NCBI GenBank assembly: GCA_038851325.1
Contig: JAWCKZ010000018.1
Span: 1 to 11,532, forward strand
Reading direction: 5' to 3'
Source of the DNA: Candidatus Bilamarchaeaceae archaeon
GTDB lineage: Archaea; Micrarchaeota; Micrarchaeia; Anstonellales; Bilamarchaeaceae
DNA length: 11,532 bases
The position numbers and the translations under genes are program-made. Shown here piece after piece: positions 1 to 7,471 of this stretch (position 1 is its first letter; each line of letters opens with the position of its first letter). The notes under the pieces were generated by a model. It did no database searches, had not been told where the DNA came from, and worked only from the letters and a program-made list of their open reading frames with translations.

Positions 1-1971
1 GTTACGCAGCTTAACGCATCCAGCAGCCTTAATTCGACTTATTGGGATGGCCTTTACGGAGACGTTATTCTGGGTTCTGGTCTTAATTACACGCATCTCG
101 TTATGGGCAACAATATCATCGAACTTAATGTTGTTGCGCAGAATCCGCCATGCACGTACAGCTCCATCACAATGCACATCATTGCAGTGAACAGCAGTTT
201 GTTGACAACTCCGCTTTCACCAGGGAATCTAACGCTTCTCGATGCGTTTGTTGGAGGAAGCGCTGAGAATGGCACCAGGACGTTTACATCCACAAGCACA
301 TTTACACTTACATATGGAACAATCGCCAGCGTACCGACTACCTATACGTATGCTGGCAATGTGTCGTCAATTGATTTCCGCGAGGGTTATCTGAATGACG
401 CGAATGGCAATCTCGTTTTCGTTGCCGTCGTGGTCAGTGACAGGCCTGACTGGAATGGGACGACAAGCGATTATCAGATTATGCTTCCCAATAACGGCGC
501 TCTGACGAATTACACTCTCTGGGTTGATGTTGGGTATACATGTCAGAATGTCACGCCGCCGCCCCCTGGTCGTAATAGGCACGCACTCTACATATATCCG
601 CCAGGGAGTTTTGCAGCGAATGCAGGCAGCACATTTAACCCAAATTTCATCGTGAAGAACATAGGAGATTACGTAGAAAGAGATATTGCTGTTTACATCG
701 AGACATGCCCACTGGGTTTTATATGCGGCACTGATACAATAGCTCGTTTGGGCGAAGGGGATGAAGGTAACGCATCCTTTCCTATAACAGTTGATGGCAT
801 TGGCGAATACGTGCTCACGGTCTGCGCGCGGAACGATAATGCACATGCGTGCGCAGATTTCATCGTCCAAGTGACTGAGGAATGCGAAAGAGACAATGAT
901 TGCGGGGAAGACGAATATTGCGATGATGGAGTATGCAAACCGAAGAAGAAGGTTAGGGAGGAATGCAAGCGCGATGGTGAATGCGAGAGCGGTGTATGCA
1001 GCAACGGCATTTGCGTCTACTGCACAAGCAATGAGGATTGCGCATTTAATGAAATATGTGCTGAGGGCATTTGCAAAAAAATAGAATGCCCATGCGGGGA
1101 GATAAGAAATCATACATGCATTCCTTACAGATGCTGCGCTGATGAAGACTGTAATGTAAACGAATTCTGCATAGACCATTCGTGCGTTGCCAAAGAACTT
1201 GAGATTCTCGTTGTAAGCGGCGAAATCGTGGAGAATGAAAGCATTCTTGTGCAGATTGTCAATAACAAGGATGAGCCGGTTCCAGCGGCAAGGGTGTTTA
1301 CAGATTATATAACAGTTTACGCTGATGAAAACGGGTTTGCAACAATACCAGCTCCGTACAACGGATTGGTGTACGCATCTAAAGAAACCTATCCGCAAAC
1401 TGGTCTTCTTCTTCATGTCATCCACATCGGTTTTTTCGTAGTGGAAGATGAAATTATTGCAGGACAAGAGACACGCATACGACTTGTTGATAGTGCTGGT
1501 CGTGGAATAGCAGGAGCGTTGGTTCACATTGGAGAGGACATTGTTACCACTGATGACGAAGGATACTTTAGATACACATTCCGTTCTTCAGGTAAAGTAG
1601 TGCTGAAAGGTAGCAAGATTGGCTACAGGATAAATGACAAGGAAATAACCGTGGTTGAAGGGCCGACAGCTGCGTGCTACTTTCCAGTGCTCCTCAATTT
1701 GCTCACTTTCACTTCCAGCTCGCTGTACATCCTATGGCTGATTGCACTAGTTCTTGCATTGCTGAATTTTGGTCTATCCGCAAGAAGGATAAAAGCAAGG
1801 CCAATGCTGAAAGCGGCTCTTTACTCTTTCATTCCCGTTATTCTTGCATTGCCGGGTGCAGGTGTCTTTTCAATATGCGCTATGGCAAATGTAATCCTCC
1901 TTCAGTCCATAATTGAAACTGCGATCGCGGTGCGCAACATGCTCAGGCCAAAATCGCAGAAAGAAGAGTGA
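1..1971 (+). CDS. Membrane-anchored multidomain cell-surface protein, 5'-truncated: N-terminal beta-rich domain, PPPPG linker, CARDB/Ig-like domain, Cys-rich repeats, two further beta-sandwich-like domains, about 3 C-terminal TM helices
   Basis: Frame +1 is open from base 1 (VTQLNASSSLNSTYWDGLYGDVILGSG...), so the true start lies upstream of the window and ATG 103 is probably internal. Other features: PPPPG at 556-570, a CARDB-like VKNIGD segment, 20 Cys between 883 and 1185, hydrophobic C-terminal segments and a basic tail. Stop TGA at 1969-1971. Confidence 0.8.
   Translation, partial: VTQLNASSSLNSTYWDGLYGDVILGSGLNYTHLVMGNNIIELNVVAQNPPCTYSSITMHIIAVNSSLLTTPLSPGNLTLLDAFVGGSAENGTRTFTSTSTFTLTYGTIASVPTTYTYAGNVSSIDFREGYLNDANGNLVFVAVVVSDRPDWNGTTSDYQIMLPNNGALTNYTLWVDVGYTCQNVTPPPPGRNRHALYIYPPGSFAANAGSTFNPNFIVKNIGDYVERDIAVYIETCPLGFICGTDTIARLGEGDEGNASFPITVDGIGEYVLTVCARNDNAHACADFIVQVTEECERDNDCGEDEYCDDGVCKPKKKVREECKRDGECESGVCSNGICVYCTSNEDCAFNEICAEGICKKIECPCGEIRNHTCIPYRCCADEDCNVNEFCIDHSCVAKELEILVVSGEIVENESILVQIVNNKDEPVPAARVFTDYITVYADENGFATIPAPYNGLVYASKETYPQTGLLLHVIHIGFFVVEDEIIAGQETRIRLVDSAGRGIAGALVHIGEDIVTTDDEGYFRYTFRSSGKVVLKGSKIGYRINDKEITVVEGPTAACYFPVLLNLLTFTSSSLYILWLIALVLALLNFGLSARRIKARPMLKAALYSFIPVILALPGAGVFSICAMANVILLQSIIETAIAVRNMLRPKSQKEE
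883..1185 (+). repeat. Cys-rich protein repeat region (C-x5-C-x4/5-C-x4-C units, Dickkopf-N/EB-module-like)
   Basis: Units CERDNDCGEDEYCDDGVC, CKRDGECESGVCSNGIC, CTSNEDCAFNEICAEGIC and CCADEDCNVNEFCIDHSC are read directly from the translation. Confidence 0.75.
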
Positions 1972-3639
1972 TTATCTTTTTGCCTTCATCTTATCCCAGG
2001 CAAGATAGGCAACGATTGCAATTAGCAGTAATATTACTAGTATATATGCAATATTGCCGTCAAGTATCAATCCTAAGCCACCACCTGCGCCGTGCGGCGT
2101 ATAACTGCCTTCCACCCTTTTCTCAAGGAATGCCTCTCTTGCTCCATAATTAGCGCCCACAACTATCAGGGAGCCAGCTTTTGCTATTCCTGGAAATTTT
2201 ATAATACGCCCTTCTCCTACTCCCAACGCGTAGGTATTCTCATCCCTTATTTTTGTGCTGGTTCCGTTTACACCAATGGTTGCATCAGGCCTGAAATACA
2301 GTGGCACGGTTCCATTGTTTGCGAATGTAACGAACAGATCGTTTGTTTCCCTGTCTTCTGTGAAAGCCGTTATCACAAGCGATGACGCATCAAAGAATGC
2401 AACCCTTCCTGCAGCGAATACGCCCTGCAGGCCATTCTCTGTATATTTCCTTGATGAACCATAAAATGAGGTTATGTTGACCGTTATCTCACCGTTTTCA
2501 ATTTCAATCGGATAACCAACACCAAATTTCTCTCCACGGTTGACCGCAACCGGTTCCTCGTCTCCTACAGTACCTGCGTAATTTCCGTCAACAAAAACCA
2601 GGATGCGAGATTTCACGTATTCAAGAGCGTTTCCAGTATTTTTGTAGGTCACCTCAATCTTTTTCGTGTTGGTGTTGTACTCAACATTGTTTATCTCAAG
2701 GCCAAGCACTGGTCCGCGAACAGGGAAGAAGTCTGCGTTGACCATCCCCATCTTGCTTACGCTCTGACCAACCTGCACAATGGCATGAAGCGCTTCCCTA
2801 CCAAGCTCTTTGTTTATCGATTCCTTTAAATTGTACGCTGTCTGCGCGTATTCCTTGTCAATGACCATTGCTACCTGGATCTGCCCGCTGGCGGCATTTT
2901 CTTTTATATAATTATATGTTGCAGAAGGGATGATAGGGCTTATCAGGATAACCGGATCGTCTCCGGCAGCTGTCGTATCATCAAATGCGTTACCATCTGA
3001 AAGTATGACCTGCTTCTTTGACGGGTTCGACTGAAAATAGAGCTTGGCAAGCTCAAGGTTATCGTCAAACTTGTCACCTTTGTTTATCTCGCGGTAGGCA
3101 AGCCCGTTTTCATTGAGTAGGTCTTTTACTTTGTCATCGACATATCCATACAGCAGTATATCTTGCGGATTTTTCGTTTTAATGAAGTTGATTACCATGT
3201 CAGCGTTGTCTTTCTCGGCGAATAGGAGATACATCCTGTTCAGTTTCGCATATGCAAGTAGAGATACTGTGTTGTATCCATAGACAGGGTCTACGATGAT
3301 AAATCTCCTTGCGCCGCTTTTCTCAGCAAGCCTCAGGTTCGTTGTATACGGCTCTTCGGAAACCAGCAGCTCAACCCTGTTTCCTCTGTTCTCAAGGGTG
3401 TTCTTCATTCCTGTCATGACTGGAGAGTTGGCGGACTGCACCAGCAGTATATCTCGGCCGGTTCCTATCTTAGCGTAAACAATCTGCTCATTATATGCTG
3501 GCGGAACGAATACAACCTTTTCACCTGTAACCGCTGCGTAATAAATAGTTGAAACAACATCTCTACCATCAAGAGAATTGACAACAGCAAGGCTGAAGCA
3601 TAGTGGTGTTATTAGCAATAACAAAACAAGTCCTCGCAT
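1972..3639 (-). CDS. Secreted, C-terminally TM-anchored surface protein with three cell-wall-binding-repeat-2 (CWB2)-like repeats and Ig-like domains
   Basis: Likely start is ATG 3639, giving the signal peptide MRGLVLLLLITPLCFSLA. The longer ORF start at 3702 runs through the AT-rich divergent promoter. Three alpha/beta repeats resemble CW_binding_2 (e.g. INKGDKFDDNLELAK...VILSDGNAFDDTTAAGDDPVILI). The protein ends in a GAGGG linker, a TM helix and the tail KMKAKR. Confidence 0.7.
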   Translation of the reverse strand: MRGLVLLLLITPLCFSLAVVNSLDGRDVVSTIYYAAVTGEKVVFVPPAYNEQIVYAKIGTGRDILLVQSANSPVMTGMKNTLENRGNRVELLVSEEPYTTNLRLAEKSGARRFIIVDPVYGYNTVSLLAYAKLNRMYLLFAEKDNADMVINFIKTKNPQDILLYGYVDDKVKDLLNENGLAYREINKGDKFDDNLELAKLYFQSNPSKKQVILSDGNAFDDTTAAGDDPVILISPIIPSATYNYIKENAASGQIQVAMVIDKEYAQTAYNLKESINKELGREALHAIVQVGQSVSKMGMVNADFFPVRGPVLGLEINNVEYNTNTKKIEVTYKNTGNALEYVKSRILVFVDGNYAGTVGDEEPVAVNRGEKFGVGYPIEIENGEITVNITSFYGSSRKYTENGLQGVFAAGRVAFFDASSLVITAFTEDRETNDLFVTFANNGTVPLYFRPDATIGVNGTSTKIRDENTYALGVGEGRIIKFPGIAKAGSLIVVGANYGAREAFLEKRVEGSYTPHGAGGGLGLILDGNIAYILVILLLIAIVAYLAWDKMKAKR

Positions 3640-3654
3640 GTCGTAAGATGGCAT

Positions 3655-3707
3655 CAAAAGATTAATAAATTTAACATTTAAGATGTTATCAATCTGCGTC
3701 AAGGTGA
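3655..3707. promoter_or_regulatory. Divergent promoter region with AT-rich TATA-like elements, an inverted repeat TAACAT-N5-ATGTTA (3672-3688) and SD AGGTGA (3702-3707)
   Basis: 72-bp AT-rich gap between divergent starts 3639 and 3712. It contains TTAATAAA and TTTAAG elements. AGGTGA lies 4 nt before ATG 3712. Confidence 0.55.
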
Positions 3708-3711
3708 AAGT

Positions 3712-4380
3712 ATGAAAAGCACACTAGTGTTTTTTGGATTGTTATGTATTTTCGGGCTGGCGCTTGCAATCCAGCCGGCTGAAACCTGGACTGTTGGAGT
3801 CACTGGCAAATACACACAAGTGGGCCAGGCAAACGTTACAACAGAAGGGGGAAATGTAACTAACCTCAACCTGAGCGGCAATATCTCCACTGAGAAGTGG
3901 GCTGGCTTTTGGGGAAATGTGAGCGGCTTGATTGTGCTCTCACCTGGTACGAACATGTTCTATACGTGGACATGGACGTCTGCAAATGGCGGGGAGGTCT
4001 GCGCGGTTGCTGCTCCAAGCGGGTTTGATTGGACTAACGTTCAGAGAGTCGCGGCCAGCGCCATTGACACGATATGGGGGTTCGTTACTGCGGACACTGA
4101 CAGTGCCACATACACACTTACCGAATCATGCAACGTGGCTGTTGCTGGAAGATCAGTCAGCGGAAGTGCTGGGGAGACAACCGGCGGCGGAACATTCCAG
4201 ACATGCGCCGTTGCTGACGGAGTGGCTCCTGCAGCGAAGAGCGATATTGCATTCTGTGTGAATATAACACAGGGCGGCGCTCTTTTCAACGGCCAGACTG
4301 GAGACTATCAGCTTATGACAGCAACGAATGAAACGATGAACTCGTTCGAAACATACTACTTCTGGCTTGAACTCGATTAA
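3712..4380 (+). CDS. Secreted 222-aa beta-rich hypothetical protein, probable glycoprotein
   Basis: Good SD, signal peptide MKSTLVFFGLLCIFGLALA, 7 N-x-S/T sequons and no C-terminal anchor. Motifs GGNVTNLNL..STEKWAGFWGNVSG and DYQLM...TYYFWLELD. Confidence 0.85.
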   Translation: MKSTLVFFGLLCIFGLALAIQPAETWTVGVTGKYTQVGQANVTTEGGNVTNLNLSGNISTEKWAGFWGNVSGLIVLSPGTNMFYTWTWTSANGGEVCAVAAPSGFDWTNVQRVAASAIDTIWGFVTADTDSATYTLTESCNVAVAGRSVSGSAGETTGGGTFQTCAVADGVAPAAKSDIAFCVNITQGGALFNGQTGDYQLMTATNETMNSFETYYFWLELD

Positions 4381-4411
4381 TCTTTTTCTTCCCTTTTTCT
4401 TTATTCTTTTT
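4381..4411 (+). terminator. Oligo-T/pyrimidine-rich archaeal terminator
   Basis: TCTTTTTCTTCCCTTTTTCTTTATTCTTTTT immediately follows the stop codon of the 222-aa gene. Confidence 0.65.
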
Positions 4412-4444
4412 AGTAAGTAGTAAGAGTATTCTTTTTAGTAAGAG
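4402..4444. repeat. 16-bp direct repeat TATTCTTTTTAGTAAG (4402-4417 and 4427-4442) with an internal TAGTAAG duplication
   Basis: Exact copies read from the sequence. Confidence 0.8.
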
Positions 4445-4570
4445 TTTTTAAAAAAGCTTCTCGTAACGGCCGATGAGCTTTCATATGGTATGGGTTTTTA
4501 GAAGTTTATCCTTGCTATCTACTTGATGCGAGAGGGTGCTGCTGGTCTGGAATTGACAAGACAGGTATTT

Positions 4571-4972
4571 TTACAATTTTGTCTTTATTTTACCCTCTCC
4601 ACCATTGATTTCTACAATATCGCCATCTTTGAGAAGTTTAAACAGATCCTTCGCTGGCTTGTCAACCATCGGTATCCTTGATATTATTGCACCAACCGCG
4701 ATTACCGGCTCTGCTTCGGCATTTATTATGCCGGCAGGCGCCTTGCCGTTCTTCGCCAACTGGAGCATGACATAGGATCCAACAGTAGAGCCCTTTCCAT
4801 GGGGAAAAATAAGTATTTTTCCAGCTATATTCTTCCCCTCAAGAGGATGCCCTCTCTCTATGACGTTTCCTGTTTTCGGGTCAACACCGCCCAAAAAGGA
4901 AATAGGTTCCCGCGAAAGCAGCGCTGCCCCGCGGGCTATACCTTTTGAAATGCCCCTCGCGCCAATCTCCAT
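4571..4972 (-). CDS. DUF126 / aconitase X swiveling-domain protein (phosphomevalonate dehydratase small subunit-like)
   Basis: Characteristic motifs ISFLGGVDPKTG, HPLEGKNIAGKILIFPHGKGSTVGSY and APAGII...EPVIAVGAII..IPMVD. Length 133 aa. Confidence 0.9.
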   Translation of the reverse strand: MEIGARGISKGIARGAALLSREPISFLGGVDPKTGNVIERGHPLEGKNIAGKILIFPHGKGSTVGSYVMLQLAKNGKAPAGIINAEAEPVIAVGAIISRIPMVDKPAKDLFKLLKDGDIVEINGGEGKIKTKL

Positions 4973-4975
4973 GGA

Positions 4976-5536
4976 TTATTCCTCAACCACCGGACCGCTT
5001 ACAGTTGCTATCGCAGTTCTTGTTGGTGTGCCCTCCAAATCGTTAAGATAGTTATACTCGATAGCGATGGAGCCCATGAAGCTGGAGCCTGGAGAAAGAT
5101 AGAGCGGCCTGCCGCTTCTGTCGAAGCAGCCAAGCGTGAACTGTTTGGTTGCACCAGAGTTCACTTGTGCAGGAGAAGAAAGCTGCCCTTGTCTAATGTA
5201 GTCCTTTGTTATATCGCCTGTTGGCATATTTGTGCATACTACGCTTTTGATAACAACCGCTTGTCCTGCTTGATTTCCAAGTCTAAACGTTATCTTTATG
5301 CTTCCATCCGTCTTTGAGGAATAGATAGATGGCGGAATGTTCTCTTGCATACAGGTAAAGTCCTGCTGGAGGAAGATACACGTCTCTGCCGGTTTGAGCA
5401 GTTGCGGAAGATAAAATGCCAGTATCGCGAGCACAACAACTATAATCAATATCGCCCAACCATAAGTCATTAGGTATTCCATCGCGGCTTGCCCACGCAA
5501 GCTGCGAACTTTCTTACTATTTTCTTTTTCATACAT
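4976..5536 (-). CDS. Archaeal type IV pilin-like protein with class III signal peptide
   Basis: Basic N-region followed by RG|QAAMEYLMTYGWAILIIVVVLAIL, with the cleavage motif and Glu at +5. SD GAGGTGA at 5544-5550. Four Cys in the globular domain. Confidence 0.9.
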   Translation of the reverse strand: MYEKENSKKVRSLRGQAAMEYLMTYGWAILIIVVVLAILAFYLPQLLKPAETCIFLQQDFTCMQENIPPSIYSSKTDGSIKITFRLGNQAGQAVVIKSVVCTNMPTGDITKDYIRQGQLSSPAQVNSGATKQFTLGCFDRSGRPLYLSPGSSFMGSIAIEYNYLNDLEGTPTRTAIATVSGPVVEE

Positions 5537-5548
5537 GTTAATTTCACC

Positions 5549-6604
5549 TCATGAAAACGTAAGGAATACGGATGACAGGAAAGAAGCGGCTAACCAGTAG
5601 ACAAACAGGGCTCCGATGAGAACGAATGGGAAGTACTTGAGCCCCTGCGTCCTTGTACCTGTTCTTATTATGCTCACAATGAAGGATGAGACTAAGCACG
5701 TCACAAATATAGTTGGAATAGAGAAATAAAAAAAATCTTGCGATGTTATCACAGGTCCGCTTAAACCGATACCGCCAAACGGACCAAGAGCAGGAGAGCT
5801 GCTCACTCTTGGCATGTGAACAGAAATCCTTTCAAAAATCTCTATAAGTTTTCCGCCAACAGAAAACAGGAACGGAGCCCCAAAAACCGCACCAAAAAGA
5901 ACGAATATTTCGTACATCATAAGTGATGCAGCCACCTCTTTTTTCATTATAAGGGTTTCACGAACATCCTCTGCTGTTCTCTCCAAAACATTAGTGAGCT
6001 CACCACCAGTTGCGCTTGCCTGTTTCACAAGCAGTATTGTTCTTTCAAATATCTTTGAGTCAAATCTCGATGAAAGGTCATCCAGTGCAGCGTCGAGGGA
6101 TTCCCCGCTAAAGGCACTCTTTATTATACTCCTTACCTCCTCACTCAGAAGACCAAATTCGGGCTTTGCAGCATACCACATAGCCTGGTCAAGAGTCATA
6201 CCTGCCTTCATGTTTGAGGAGACAAGCATGAGGAAGTCTGGAAGAACTGTTTCAAGTTTGTCCCGTCTGTTTTCAATCTGCATAACGATGTACGCCGAGA
6301 GGAAAATAAATGAGAGGAAGTATAGGCTTATTAGAAGAGCAACAAATAGGAGAAGCCATATAGCATAGAAAGGCAGTTCAGCAAGCTGAGAAACTGCTTT
6401 TGTTACAGGTGTGGCTGTAGGTTCGAATACCATTATAAATGTGGATAAAAACGCAGCAATTATGAGGACATTCAGGATTACATACCCGGCAAAAGCATCC
6501 CCAGCGATTCCTATTCCAGCGCTTTTTAAATCTTTCTCAAGCTTTCTTATTCTATCTCTTGAGAACAGAAGCCTTCCGACGTTTTCGAATATGGTTTCAC
6601 CCAT
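5549..6604 (-). CDS. Type II secretion system F family / TadC-like pilus membrane platform protein
   Basis: Motifs LPDFLMLVSSNMKAGMTLDQA, EFGLLSEE and GGELTNVLE, plus multiple TM helices. Start refined to ATG 6604 because AGGTG (6611-6615) is a well-spaced SD. Confidence 0.88.
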   Translation of the reverse strand: MGETIFENVGRLLFSRDRIRKLEKDLKSAGIGIAGDAFAGYVILNVLIIAAFLSTFIMVFEPTATPVTKAVSQLAELPFYAIWLLLFVALLISLYFLSFIFLSAYIVMQIENRRDKLETVLPDFLMLVSSNMKAGMTLDQAMWYAAKPEFGLLSEEVRSIIKSAFSGESLDAALDDLSSRFDSKIFERTILLVKQASATGGELTNVLERTAEDVRETLIMKKEVAASLMMYEIFVLFGAVFGAPFLFSVGGKLIEIFERISVHMPRVSSSPALGPFGGIGLSGPVITSQDFFYFSIPTIFVTCLVSSFIVSIIRTGTRTQGLKYFPFVLIGALFVYWLAASFLSSVFLTFS

Positions 6605-6613
6605 GAGCAACAC

Positions 6614-7468
6614 CTATATCAAATATTTGGGTCTTGAGCTTTCCATCACACCGAGGAACAGGAATTGGATTAAGGCTATGACAATCATGATTGGAATAAG
6701 AGCCGATGAATTTATTATACTCTTTCCACCAGCAAGAATAGCAACGAACGCAGCTGCCAGAACGACACCAATGGTTGGCACAACTATGCCAAAAAGCATG
6801 TAGAACATTACAATGGGCGTGAGCTTTTGGCTGTATTCCTTAAGAAGTATCATCTGTTCCTTTGATATCTGGTCAAGAACGGCCTCTAGAGAGTCGCCCA
6901 CATCAGCACCGCTCGCGAGCGAATTTGAGATCTGCATCATTACTCTTGCAAAGTATTTTGACGGCGTTTGTTGAACGACCTCCCTTATGGCTTGAGTCGC
7001 AGGCACACCCCCCATCATTTTATCTACTATCAACTTTATCTCCTTACTCACTTCACCATAGCCGCTTGAAGCGCCAACGAATGTGTCAAACAAGGGCATT
7101 CCGGACTTTAACGCTATAAGAATATGTCTTCCGGCGAATACAATTTCGTAATCAAGTTCTCTTTTTCTTCTCATAATGGCTGCTTCAGGGTAGAGCATGG
7201 AGTAATTAAATGTCGCAAGGACGTATACAAGAAAAAGCGGAAAGAGAAAGATAAGGTCTACTTTGATTAGGTAATACATTAGGATTCCTGATAGAAATGT
7301 TAGCAGAACCGAAGCGATAACAGTGTTTAAGATAACCCCTTCCATGAATTCAACGGGTGTTTTGTTGATTCCTGCAAGCCTTAGTTTCGTTTTAAGGTCA
7401 ACAAATCTTCGTGCGAGCATTTCAGCGGGTTGATAGAATATCCCCCGTTCTGTTGTTTTTTCAGCCAT
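6614..7468 (-). CDS. Type II secretion system F family / TadB/C-like pilus membrane platform protein
   Basis: Motifs ALKSGMPL, YGEVSKEI, TPSKYF and SGADVGDSLE, with N- and C-terminal TM pairs. It is adjacent to a second T2SSF gene. Confidence 0.88.
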   Translation of the reverse strand: MAEKTTERGIFYQPAEMLARRFVDLKTKLRLAGINKTPVEFMEGVILNTVIASVLLTFLSGILMYYLIKVDLIFLFPLFLVYVLATFNYSMLYPEAAIMRRKRELDYEIVFAGRHILIALKSGMPLFDTFVGASSGYGEVSKEIKLIVDKMMGGVPATQAIREVVQQTPSKYFARVMMQISNSLASGADVGDSLEAVLDQISKEQMILLKEYSQKLTPIVMFYMLFGIVVPTIGVVLAAAFVAILAGGKSIINSSALIPIMIVIALIQFLFLGVMESSRPKYLI

Positions 7469-7471
7469 AAG

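Noticed and set aside
367..1527. 386-aa minus-strand ORF and other small ORFs overlapping the first gene
   Set aside because: Antisense or alternate-frame shadows of a coherent multidomain gene, with no recognisable motifs.
3640..3702. N-terminal 21-aa extension of the 576-aa ORF
   Set aside because: It uses a TTG start that overlaps the divergent gene's SD and promoter. The signal peptide begins at Met 3639 (ATG 3654 is a less likely alternative).
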